The notes under the pieces are model-generated. The model was not told where the DNA came from. It was given only the letters and a program-made list of their open reading frames with translations, and did no database searches. From Phoronis australis (Eukaryota > Animalia > Phoronida), in contig NMRA01000258.1 of assembly GCA_002633005.1 (NCBI GenBank), positions 1-64,000 on the forward strand: a DNA stretch of 64,000 nucleotides, given 5' to 3'. The position numbers were made by a program, and so were the translations under genes. Positions within the stretch are counted from its first letter, which is position 1; each line of letters starts with the position of its first letter. Of the stretch, positions 13,482 to 23,295 are shown piece by piece.

Positions 13482-13587
13482 CCTGATCTAAAGGTGGTGG
13501 ACCCAATTTGTACCTTCCTGTTTTCTCTGTTGGTAATTTTCACTACAATCAACGTGCTCAAAGACGTGTTTTATGTCCTTATGGAAG
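13482..13587 (+). CDS. SLC30A2: ZnT2/SLC30A2-like exon: TM6
   Basis: ttcttgcag acceptor and G|gtaagg donor. PDLKVVDPICTFLFSLLVIFTTINVLKDVFYVLMEG matches the ZnT DPICTF.FS...LMEG signature. Confidence 0.93.
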
Positions 13588-15468
13588 GTAAGGTTTACGA
13601 TCAGTTACACTGACAATACGATTTATAATGTGAACCGCCGTGCACCGTACCTCCAGTTTCTTCATCCGGTGACCATGTCTGGAGGGCAACTTCATTTTTT
13701 ATGTGTCTATATATAACTTAAAGCATTTGATAGTCAAAATGTCCCCTGATCATAAGTGGCTTCTTTTCTGTACAAAAGCAGATTTTTCTGCAAGTGGTAC
13801 TGTATACTGTCTCTTTAGCCAATGGAAAGCTCCGTGTATAGGTCCACGAGGTCATATTCTGTTATATTTTGTCAGTTTTTGATGTAGCCTATGCTCCGTT
13901 TAACAACATTACCAAAGAGGTAGACTTAATTCAATTTGACTTTGGAAGGCTCAGTGTTCGAAAGCTTGCGTGAGTTCGGTTAAATGTTGTTTCTACAACC
14001 AGTCAACAACCTCTGTACAATTATAGAAGAAACGGGTAAACAAACTGGGAAAATATTTTTATTAACATGACAAAGAATCACTTAACATCAATTTTGAGAA
14101 CAAAGATATTTTTGATGTTTTAATGCTTTTGTTGAGAGAGAGGGGGAAAAGACACATTAAGTTTATTAACTTACATAACGGTTGGTGGAACAGCATGTGA
14201 GTGTGTGTGTGCGAGCGTGCGTGCGTGCGTGTGAGTGTGTGTGCGTTTGTGTGCTCGTGTATGTGTGTGCATGCGTCTATGTGTTCAAAAATAAGCAGTG
14301 TTTCTCTGTAATAGTACAATTTGCATATGGTTATTCACCATGGACGTCCAGTTGCAAGAAATGTGGCTTGAGTCATTTTCATAGTAAATAAGCATCTAAA
14401 ATTTTATCCTTGTAATATCTCGAAAGTACAGAAAGTGAATGGGTGTTTATCTTATCTAGAACTGCAGAGGGTATTTTACTTTCGTTGATAATTCTATGTA
14501 CTTGAAAACTGATTTTGCAACTGAAATTGATTTATAAATGAAGTCTTGAGTATAGGATTGTAGTTGCGATACAATAACATTTTCTAAGAGATCTGGCGAA
14601 GGAGAATTCTTTGTAATTGGTTGTTTCGATTGTGATATCAAATGAAATTGGATTGAAAGTGATGTGTGAGTTGATTATGTAAATTTTCAAACAGTATATA
14701 GTAAGAGCGCCTTCAAGCAGTGGTACTTTTAATAATTAGTTCATTGGATTTTTATGGCCGAATTAATGTGAGTTAGTGATTATTCTTCAAGAAGCCTGGA
14801 ACGCGAAAAACAGACTGGATTGCATTATTCAGAGTGGTTCTCTGACATTGAAACAGAAGTCAACCTTCTCATCAGTATATTTACAGTTTGTTCGTAAAGG
14901 TTTTGGGAATTTCTGTTGATGTCAAAGCATTTTTCTTTTACTTTCAAATTTAAATAAACGATTTGTCAACTGCTCGTCGATTGATTTCCTTCTTTGGTAT
15001 GGCAAGACAAAAACGTAGCACATTTCCCTTACATGAAAAATGTGACCTTTGACTTTTGATGTGAAGCAAACAATGGTGACTTCAAGCAGCAGCCAGCCGG
15101 ATTAAGAAGCAATCGATTAGTTATAAAGGTGTCATAGTATAAAAATATATTTTAAGGTGCACTTGGAATTATTTTTGGAAATTACTAGCTTCACTGGCAT
15201 GCCTCATATTGTGCTGTAGACCTCACGTTCGGAGTGCGATCACACATGATACAAGCATGTCGACTCAGTGATTGTGTTCCACATAATATCTCAGATATCT
15301 CGGAATATACGGACAGGAATTTGTGCGCAACTGTATTAAGACCTAGAGACAGTGGGATTATCACAAATGTGAGTTTTATGGACAGTCCATAGTCTACAGG
15401 ACAAAACTGTATTTGTTGCTACGCCTATCTCTCGTCTCTGCATTGTTGGTGCGTAATCCGCCATTACA

Positions 15469-16715
15469 ATGCCAAGAAGCAAAGACAACGGGCCGCGCTA
15501 ATATTCGCAGCTCCATTGCTGACTATATGAGCCCCAATCAAGGTATCTCAAACAAAGATCTTTTGGAATTATCAAATAAGCGATTCGAAAATATGGGGAA
15601 AAGAATTCAACAAACTCAGAACAGAATATGAAGACACGAAAAGAGAGAACGAAAAATTGAAAGTGTTTATTAAAGATCCGAGCGCGAAAATTGATGACCT
15701 AGAAAATCGATCCAGGCGTGATTACGTAATCGTCCATGGCTTGAGTAAATCTTGCCAAAGAGCATTTAGGTATCGATATCCATGTCGAGAGGGCACACAG
15801 AATGGGAAAGAAAATAAACGGAAAGACCCATTGTTAATGCGTCTTCTAAAGACAAGATCAACAATTTGAAGAAACGCAAAAACCTAAAAAAAAAAAACAG
15901 CCATCCACATAACTGAAGATTTCTCAGTTAGAGTGCGCAATGCCAGAAAAGAATTATATAAATTCTCGAAGGAAAACGACATGGAAATTGCAAGCATACG
16001 ATATGACAAACTCATTCACGTTAGGAAAACTTATATGTACGACGACGACAACAAGAGAGTGTTTGAATGCAACAGATAGGATGGAGGCCAAGGCCCACCT
16101 CTGTACACAAACGGCATATCCTTGATGAGCTGGAACGCACGTGGTCTCGCGTAAAAGATTGGACAATCTGCGGTTATTGACTTTATATCCAGGTATCAAT
16201 TAGATTAGCAGTCAGTGAAACATGGGCAAATAAACCAAAGCAGTTTAGTGAACCAGGCTATGTAAGTTTTGATGTGCAAAAAGAGAAGAAAATTTGGAAG
16301 AAACTCCGGAGGAGTGAGCGCATTTATCAAACATGAATTAGGAAAATATTTACTCAGGTGTTTGAAGGTTGATCATAATCACTTTCTTGTCTTAAAGGGG
16401 GACAAAAGGTTGTTTAAGACGGACAACGATGTTATTATTTGCTTTATTTATGTAGTCCCAGAAGGGTCGCCAGTATATGAAAACTCCTCAGAGAAGAATG
16501 GAGTAACACTGCTTTGCCAGGAGTTGTGGAATTTGTATCATATGTTTTGTGATTGTCATTTTGTTGTTATGGTTGACCTAAATGCTTGAGGTGGAAACTT
16601 GCATTATACTTTGGATGACAGTGCAGATTTCTTACCGTGTCAAGATTGGTACGATAGTGACACATTTTGTTCGCCCAGGCAGTCTAAGGATGAAACTGTA
16701 AATTATATTGAGATG
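15469..16715 (+). mobile_element. Decayed LINE: ORF1 remnant and APE endonuclease remnant
   Basis: ORF1-like KIDDLENRSRRDYVIVHGL and ITEDFSVRVRNARKEL. Endonuclease-like SWNARGL, SETW, NSGGV, FIYVVPEGS and MVDLNA. Many frameshifts. Confidence 0.8.
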
Positions 16716-17251
16716 TGTTGTAACATTCCACCTTTTCTGAAAACAATTATCTTAGTCTTCGACATGTTAACAATCAATTTCCATTTCTGACTATACTCAT
16801 ATAAAATGTTCAATTTTTTCTGCAGTCCTTTCACACTATAAGAAAATAAAACCAAATCATCAGCAAAGAGCAGATGCAATAATTCAGCTGAACCCATGGA
16901 AATTTTTTCACCGCCACCGGATTCTAATTCTTGTTCGAGATCGTTTATAAATAAAATAAACAAAAACGGTGATAGCTGAGAGCCTTGTTTTAGACCATTA
17001 TGACAATCAAAGAACTCCGTGTAGCTTCCGTTACTCAGTCTCACGCACGCTTTTACTTCAGCGTACATTGTTTTGATTATCTTATACATCTTACCTTCTA
17101 TGTGATTGTTCTTTAATTTAAAATACAATGGGCTTCTATGTATACTGTCATAGGCTGCCTTAAAATCCACGAAAGCACAATAAAATCTACCTTTCTCTCG
17201 TGTCGAATATTTAATTATTAACGTATATAAAGCAAACATGTGATCCACCGT
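16715..17251 (-). mobile_element. LINE reverse transcriptase fragment, interrupted by the Polinton end
   Basis: TVDHMFAL, AFVDFKAAYDSI, GLKQGSQLSPFLF, LLFADD, NMSKTKIIVF. Confidence 0.9.
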
Positions 17252-17296
17252 AGTAGTATAGTAAGTCATTTAGCACGCCTGTTTTGAGGCTCCTCG

Positions 17297-17504
17297 GTCA
17301 AAGGTCAAAGGTCACCAAGGTCAAGGTCATCAATGTCACCAAGGTCAAGGTCATCGGTGTGAAAGGTCAAAGGTCACCAAGCTCAAGGTCATCAATGTGA
17401 AAGGTCAAAGGTCATCAATGTGAAAGGTTAAAGGTCATCAATGTGAAAGGTCAAGGTCATCTGTGTGAAAGGTCAAGGTCATCTATGTGAAAGGTCAAAG
17501 GTCA
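17297..17504 (+). repeat. Subterminal tandem array (about 22-bp unit tgtgaaaggtcaaaggtcatcaa), rich in AGGTCA
   Basis: About 18 exact AGGTCA hexamers by manual count, mostly paired with 0- or 1-bp spacing. Confidence 0.9.
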
Positions 17505-18786
17505 CGTGTAATAACGGCAATCGGAAGGGACACCATCCGCCTACCGGACGGATGTGTCAATGACGTCACGCCTCATGACGTAATAGGTTTAATTGGACCC
17601 GTTAGAAAGGCAACTCGATGCCTGTTTTGCGGCTCCTAGCAACGAATCGAGAATCGAAACAAAAGAGGGATGCTGAATAAGAACAAAACGTGGATTACCT
17701 TATGTCGTGTGCGCCGAGTGTCGTCGTTGTATATTGTGTCATCAAAAACAAAGGCGTATACCAAAGGGGATAACCACCCAACTCAACAACAGATGTCGCG
17801 TAAAGTCTAACCCAGGCCCCGACCGTACTAAGCGAATCGTACTCGTAGTAATAAGAAGCGACCAGCTAACGCAGAACATAAGACCGATAGCGTTTAAACG
17901 TGTATTAATGACAAACCAACACTACAAAAATCATCCAGACTTTCAGACATACCCGTACCAGTGGTCGATTATTAAGACCCAATTATTAAATGTTCGGGCT
18001 CTTCGTATTAGTTGTGTAATGGATGATTATCATTTCTTATATAACTTTTCCATAGATTACTGTATACAAGGTCAATTAAGTGTAATTCCGATACGTTTAA
18101 TTCAAATCCATCTGCTTTAATAACATTCCCGATCGTTTCAGAACTTTTGAAAGTCAAATGTCTTTCTTTATACTCGATGCATGACCTGCATTTTGAACCA
18201 ACCTACGCGTGCATGCCACATCAATTATTTATTATCTATCTACATTAACGAGGCTACACACTTAGTTTATAAAAAGCCTCAAACGCCGGAGATATTAGGA
18301 AACTGGGTAGAGATTTGACGGGGTCTACAACCGGCAAACCAATCCGAGATCAGAGTTTGCGAGTTGGCGGTAAGTTATCATTTTCTTAACTCTTCTCTTT
18401 ACAATTTTTTTTTTAAATTTCGTTTCGCGTAGTTGGTGCACGATCCTTTGTTGTTTTTGATCAACCGTCTATATTTGATATGCAAGATTTAATATTCTTT
18501 TTTTTTTTTTTTATTTATTTATTTATTTTTTTTATTTTGTAGGTTGATCATCCTCTGAAGTTGTCTAAAATTTCTGTACCAACACTACCTCTCTGGTAAG
18601 TTTAACATAAGTAATTCCGATTATTCCAATATTTTTTATTTTCTTTTTCCATAACCAAACATTAACACACGTCAATAACCAATATATGTATTCAATCTAA
18701 TATTCTCAGTAGCTTAAATACATATAGGTTACAATGGGCGTTCACACCTTGAATACTGAATATGTATATACATGTACGAGTTGCGA

Positions 18787-19239
18787 TTACATTAATCCGT
18801 TCACAAATTCCGAAACACAGAGATCGTTAGTTTTAGTGTCTTTATCAAACAAATTCGCGATAAAGTCCATGCTCCATGCTCGGCAACGATACAACAAATA
18901 AAATATACAATATTGTCCACAAACTGTCGACGAAAGTCCCTGGAGTTGTCTGGTCTGAGTTGTCCATCCCTTGGTATTCTTGTCCAGAAAATCTCGCAAG
19001 TGGTCCGATAGCGGTCCCAAGCCGTACGAGTCAAAATATTCTCCTTTTCCATCCTGGTTTAGATAAATAGCCACCCAGTGTGTTCCAGGTTTGTGGCTAG
19101 GATCGTAGTTGCAAACGTAAGCATGCGGATGTGAAACGACACCGAGGTTACACAATTCATCACTCGCCAGACAACCGCCAAAGACCGGTCCAACAAAGTC
19201 ATCGGTTTCTAGAATCGCAGTAATCTGGTCAGTCCTCAT
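18787..19239 (-). CDS. Adenain-like cysteine protease (Polinton PRO)
   Basis: 150 aa with GTHWVA (His54), YFDSYG (Asp70), QLQ (Gln100) and VCGQYC (Cys107). Confidence 0.93.
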   Translation of the reverse strand: MRTDQITAILETDDFVGPVFGGCLASDELCNLGVVSHPHAYVCNYDPSHKPGTHWVAIYLNQDGKGEYFDSYGLGPLSDHLRDFLDKNTKGWTTQTRQLQGLSSTVCGQYCIFYLLYRCRAWSMDFIANLFDKDTKTNDLCVSEFVNGLM

Positions 19240-20543
19240 GGTGTGAAATCAAACAAGACGTTTCTAGCTCTGTCAATTTCCACAATGTTCTCAAACTCCG
19301 CGTAACAAACGGCGTTTATGGTAGAAGGCAGCGCCGATGCGAAATGAACTTCCAAGCGGAGGTTTCCTTGTTTTATGAGATTAAAGTGACCCCCATCCGA
19401 TAAGTCGGGGGTCAGATCAAAAGCAAACAGCGTGTTGCCACCGGCATAATCCAAACGTCCTATGTCGTTGCCTTCGTCCTCATAATTCTGTCCCGTTCCC
19501 GAAAATAAGGTCGTGAAAGCTCTAACGAACCTAGATTGGTCAAATTTCGGTTGCAGTGGTTTAGAAGGGACTTGCACCCCATCGACGTAAAGAGAGAGAT
19601 AATTGATGTCGTAATGTTTGAAATTGAAAGGGTTCTTGGCGTACGATCCGTTGTAGGCGTCTGTATCACAAAAGCCCACAATAACCCTCTTAGGAATTTG
19701 ACCTAAAAACAAATTCTCTTGCGTCATAGACAAATGTCCTGCTGGGATTGAAAACACTTTGCATTCGACGCGTCGCAGAGGGTACTTCGCGGTGCTTTTC
19801 TCGAGGGCCTTTATGTGTGCTAGCTGCACAGTGGGACTGAGTTTCACTTTCCTGACGAATAAGGCGGCGTCCTGGATCTTGATTTTGAAACTCGCACCAG
19901 CTGTCGGTGACATGACGGCGAACGAGTTCTTGCTTCGCACCAGTCTTATCTTTATGTCAACGTTGTTGAGTAGGTATCTGTCTTGCATAAATATGTCACT
20001 GTGCAGTTTCCCTTTCATGTCGATGGTAGCGCTTCCTGCCGCAAGATTTTTACGCGTCTTGTATCCTAAATTAACGTCGGTTAGGGTGTCAAATTTCTCG
20101 CTCGTATCCTTGTACCACAGCGCTGCAGTCAAATGTCCGTTCTTGGCCTCGCTGCCGTAAGACAACAATGTTTCCAAGTAGGCTCTGTAACCGTAAGTGT
20201 TGGTTGAAGGAGAAATCAATTTTTCGTTCAGAGAGATGTCGACTTGACTGAACATCGAATGTAGCCATAAGTTGGTAGGGGCACAGTCGGCATCCACAGC
20301 GACATCCGATCCATCCGCGTTGGTTATTTTTGCCCTGACGTAAAATTCTGTGTTTGCCAAATCCACGTATTCGTCACCCGAACCAGAGACAAAAAATTGC
20401 AGCGGCCCGTCGTCCTTGACGCTGGATATGGGGTTGTGTTCCACCCACTGACCGTGTTCAATGCTTGTCTGAGTAGGAGGCACGGCAAACAAATCGAGCT
20501 CACTTTTAACACACTCACAAGACTTGTCGTGTACGAAAGCCAT
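19236..20543 (-). CDS. Polinton major capsid protein (double jelly-roll, hexon-like)
   Basis: 435-aa intact ORF with KSELDLFAVPPTQTSIE, NPFNFKHY, FAFDLTPD and GNLRLEVHF, typical of invertebrate Polinton MCP; lies next to the protease. Confidence 0.9.
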   Translation of the reverse strand: MAFVHDKSCECVKSELDLFAVPPTQTSIEHGQWVEHNPISSVKDDGPLQFFVSGSGDEYVDLANTEFYVRAKITNADGSDVAVDADCAPTNLWLHSMFSQVDISLNEKLISPSTNTYGYRAYLETLLSYGSEAKNGHLTAALWYKDTSEKFDTLTDVNLGYKTRKNLAAGSATIDMKGKLHSDIFMQDRYLLNNVDIKIRLVRSKNSFAVMSPTAGASFKIKIQDAALFVRKVKLSPTVQLAHIKALEKSTAKYPLRRVECKVFSIPAGHLSMTQENLFLGQIPKRVIVGFCDTDAYNGSYAKNPFNFKHYDINYLSLYVDGVQVPSKPLQPKFDQSRFVRAFTTLFSGTGQNYEDEGNDIGRLDYAGGNTLFAFDLTPDLSDGGHFNLIKQGNLRLEVHFASALPSTINAVCYAEFENIVEIDRARNVLFDFTP

Positions 20544-20544
20544 C

Positions 20545-20991
20545 CTAAGAAAAGATGTCTCTGCGTTGCGATGTTGCTCTTTTCTTCCCTCTGTTTGAAC
20601 TAACTCTTTTGGATGATTTTCTACGTTTTATAGCCTTGTGAGGCGTACCCGGAGGGCGTGCACCAACAAACGAGGAAGCTTTGTTCAACAACTCCCCCGC
20701 AGCCTTCCTGGACCGTTCTACGGCGGCTGTTTTTGCATTTTTCCCTTGCAACAAGTCACCCGCAAAGTCAATTCCAGTTCTTAAAGCTTGCTTTCCAATT
20801 GCAGCGGCTCCTTTTTTGAGCAGGGGTAGGGCTGAACGAAACAGTCCCCCTATAACGGAACCAATGCCGTGCCCCCTTTGCGTGCGAGCGCCGACGAAAA
20901 CGGGAAGACCGCTCCCCGCTTGTACGGTGTAGTAGTCGTCGTAGAGGTGGCGGTTGCTTTCGGAGCTATATAATTTTTTAGATCGTCTCAT
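20545..20991 (-). CDS. Small basic Polinton virion protein (core or membrane-lytic candidate)
   Basis: 148 aa. YY..QAGSG and QRGHGIGS..GGLFR..LPLLK motifs, an amphipathic helix and an Arg/Lys-rich tail. Sits between mCP and MCP. Confidence 0.8.
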   Translation of the reverse strand: MRRSKKLYSSESNRHLYDDYYTVQAGSGLPVFVGARTQRGHGIGSVIGGLFRSALPLLKKGAAAIGKQALRTGIDFAGDLLQGKNAKTAAVERSRKAAGELLNKASSFVGARPPGTPHKAIKRRKSSKRVSSNRGKKRATSQRRDIFS

Positions 20992-21060
20992 CTTGTGTTG
21001 AGCACAGTCGTCTCTTGTAGAATGAGGGTTCGCGGCTTATTCAATCTCTTTTATGGGTTG

Positions 21061-21834
21061 TTAAAAATACGAAGAACGGGCACGTCTTAGAGCGAGAGTG
21101 ACCACCACCTTGCCACGATTGAAAGGAATGACATCGCCCACATCGTCACGAATGTCAATTTCAATGGTACCGAAGTGATTTCGTTGTATAGGTTTGAACT
21201 GAATGGTCTCAAAAACACGAACTACTGTCTCCGCAGGCTTTCCTTTCAAGGGGACAATCCTCAAGAGGGGTGCGAGTGTGTCTCCCACAACGACCGATTC
21301 CACGAGATCACAGTAGACGTAGAGAGCGTAAAATCCTCGATGAACATCGACCATCTGTGTGGGGTAATAAATACCCGGATCGTCGGTATAACTCTCCCGA
21401 TCGAGTCCCAACATGTCTTTTAATTTAGGACTGAACGTAATTTCAGCTCCTTTCTTGACACGCATATGCATCTTATTAGTCACGTCGTTGTACCCCAATT
21501 TAATTTTTTGATCTCTGTCTGAACCCCAGGGTCCTTTAAGCATGGCGTGAACGCTCTTGACCAGTTCTTTTGGGCTGTAATAAAATCCCGGAGCAAGAGT
21601 CTTGAGCGCATACCCGTCGTCCTTTCCTAGTTTCGTTCTCATCCAAGCTTCGCCGTGTCTTATGTTGTAGTACGTGTTAGGAAATTGAATTTCTGCAAGT
21701 CCTACCTCCCAACGTCCGTCCAGGTCAATGTCTCTGGGAAGCTTAGTCTTAAATTGCGCGAGTGTGTTGTCGGGGAAATAGTTCATGGAGCTGTTGCTCG
21801 GAAGTGTAAGATAGAACATCGATTCAGCTGTCAT
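21061..21834 (-). CDS. Polinton minor capsid protein (penton-like)
   Basis: 257 aa. FYLTLPSNSS...FPDNT..F, WEVGLAEI, YVYCDLVE...VGD..APLLRIV and IEIDIRD motifs. Confidence 0.9.
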   Translation of the reverse strand: MTAESMFYLTLPSNSSMNYFPDNTLAQFKTKLPRDIDLDGRWEVGLAEIQFPNTYYNIRHGEAWMRTKLGKDDGYALKTLAPGFYYSPKELVKSVHAMLKGPWGSDRDQKIKLGYNDVTNKMHMRVKKGAEITFSPKLKDMLGLDRESYTDDPGIYYPTQMVDVHRGFYALYVYCDLVESVVVGDTLAPLLRIVPLKGKPAETVVRVFETIQFKPIQRNHFGTIEIDIRDDVGDVIPFNRGKVVVTLALRRARSSYF

Positions 21835-22087
21835 TCTTGTTTAAAGACGGATTAGGTAAGACGACACCGAGTGAAGCGCTAATCAGCGTCACCCAAAGAG
21901 TCTGCTTGTCGTTCCCTGTTGTCAAATTGTATAAACTCCACACTATGATGGTGAAGAGGATGATCATTTGACTGAAGAATACAATTTCCTTCTTCGGTAC
22001 TTTTCGTCCGAATAACGGCCAGTTTCTCTCTGTTGTATTACCAAGTTCAAAATTCTCCTCGGGTGCGTCCGTTTCGTTGGAACTCAT
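21824..22087 (-). CDS. Small 87-aa Polinton protein with two hydrophobic segments
   Basis: ATG at 22087: MSSNETD...EIVFFSQMIILFTIIVWSLYNLT...LWVTLISASLGVVLPNP. Its stop overlaps the mCP start; Inr-like CTCATTC just upstream. Confidence 0.7.
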   Translation of the reverse strand: MSSNETDAPEENFELGNTTERNWPLFGRKVPKKEIVFFSQMIILFTIIVWSLYNLTTGNDKQTLWVTLISASLGVVLPNPSLNKNDS

Positions 22088-22835
22088 GCTATTGAATGAG
22101 AGCAATGGTGTGAGTNNNNNNNNNNNNNNNNNNNNNNNNNNNNNNNNNNNNNNNNNNNNNNNNNNNNNNNNNNNNNNNNNNNNNNNNNNNNNNNNNNNNN
22201 NNNNNNNNNNNNNNNNNNNNNNNNNNNNNNNNNNNNNNNNNNNNNNNNNNNNNNNNNNNNNNNNNNNNNNNNNNNNNNNNNNNNNNNNNNNNNNNNNNNN
22301 NNNNNNNNNNNNNNNNNNNNNNNNNNNNNNNNNNNNNNNNNNNNNNNNNNNNNNNNNNNNNNNNNNNNNNNNNNNNNNNNNNNNNNNNNNNNNNNNNNNN
22401 NNNNNNNNNNNNNNNNNNNNNNNNNNNNNNNNNNNNNNNNNNNNNNNNNNNNNNNNNNNNNNNNNNNNNNNNNNNNNNNNNNNNNNNNNNNNNNNNNNNN
22501 NNNNNNNNNNNNNNNNNNNNNNNNNNNNNNNNNNNNNNNNNNNNNNNNNNNNNNNNNNNNNNNNNNNNNNNNNNNNNNNNNNNNNNNNNNNNNNNNNNNN
22601 NNNNNNNNNNNNNNNNNNNNNNNNNNNNNNNNNNNNNNNNNNNNNNNNNNNNNNNNNNNNNNNNNNNNNNNNNNNNNNNNNNNNNNNNNNNNNNNNNNNN
22701 NNNNNNNNNNNNNNNNNNNNNNNNNNNNNNNNNNNNNNNNNNNNNNNNNNNNNNNNNNNNNNNNNNNNNNNNNNNNNNNNNNNNNNNNNNNNNNNNNNNN
22801 NNNNNNNNNNNNNNNNNNNNNNNNNNNNNNNNNNN

Positions 22836-23264
22836 CTGCAAGGTCTTGCATTTCCGTCCACTGGCGAAAATAAGTTTGAAAGCTTCAACTAAGCTTTTTC
22901 CCGTCTTGTCTTGAAGTGGTACAGCGAAAGCGTATTTCGAGAGTACGTCTATGCAGGTAAGAATGTACCTGTGGCCGTCATTGAATTTTGCCAACTTGGA
23001 GACGTCTACGAGGTCGGCTTGGAATTGTTGATCGATGGAGCCAACGATAACGCGCCGTCTCGTAAAATTTCTAACCAGAGGCTTGTGCCGAACGTAAGTG
23101 TCTTGGTTACTAAGCCAGTTTTTCACAATCCGTTTCTTCAATTTGCCTTTTAGGCTTCGATGAGTGGAGTCTAATCCTCCAAAACTTCCCGGGTGCCTTG
23201 GATCGTAGTACACGCGTCTTAATTTTCCATCAATGTCGCGTTGTTTCTTTCCCTTTTGTCTCAT
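22836..23264 (-). CDS. int: Polinton retroviral-like (rve) integrase, N-terminal part; remainder falls in the N-gap
   Basis: YYDPRHPGSFGG, WLSNQDTY..HKP, QFQADLVD and YILTCIDVLSKYAF. The 720-N gap is about the size expected for the missing C-terminal part. Confidence 0.9.
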
Positions 23265-23295
23265 TGCGAATGAGAGGTCTAGGTGGTGTCGGTCG

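Noticed and set aside
14062-14391. His/Thr- and Val/Cys-rich ORFs (also 61504-61797)
   Set aside because: Translations of (GT)n/(CA)n microsatellites.
17707-18120. 137-aa + strand ORF in the Polinton
   Set aside because: Non-ATG start and overlaps terminal-repeat sequence that has indels in the related element; no motif.
22077-22892. Long ORFs across N-runs (also 54825-55739)
   Set aside because: Artefacts of translating assembly gaps.
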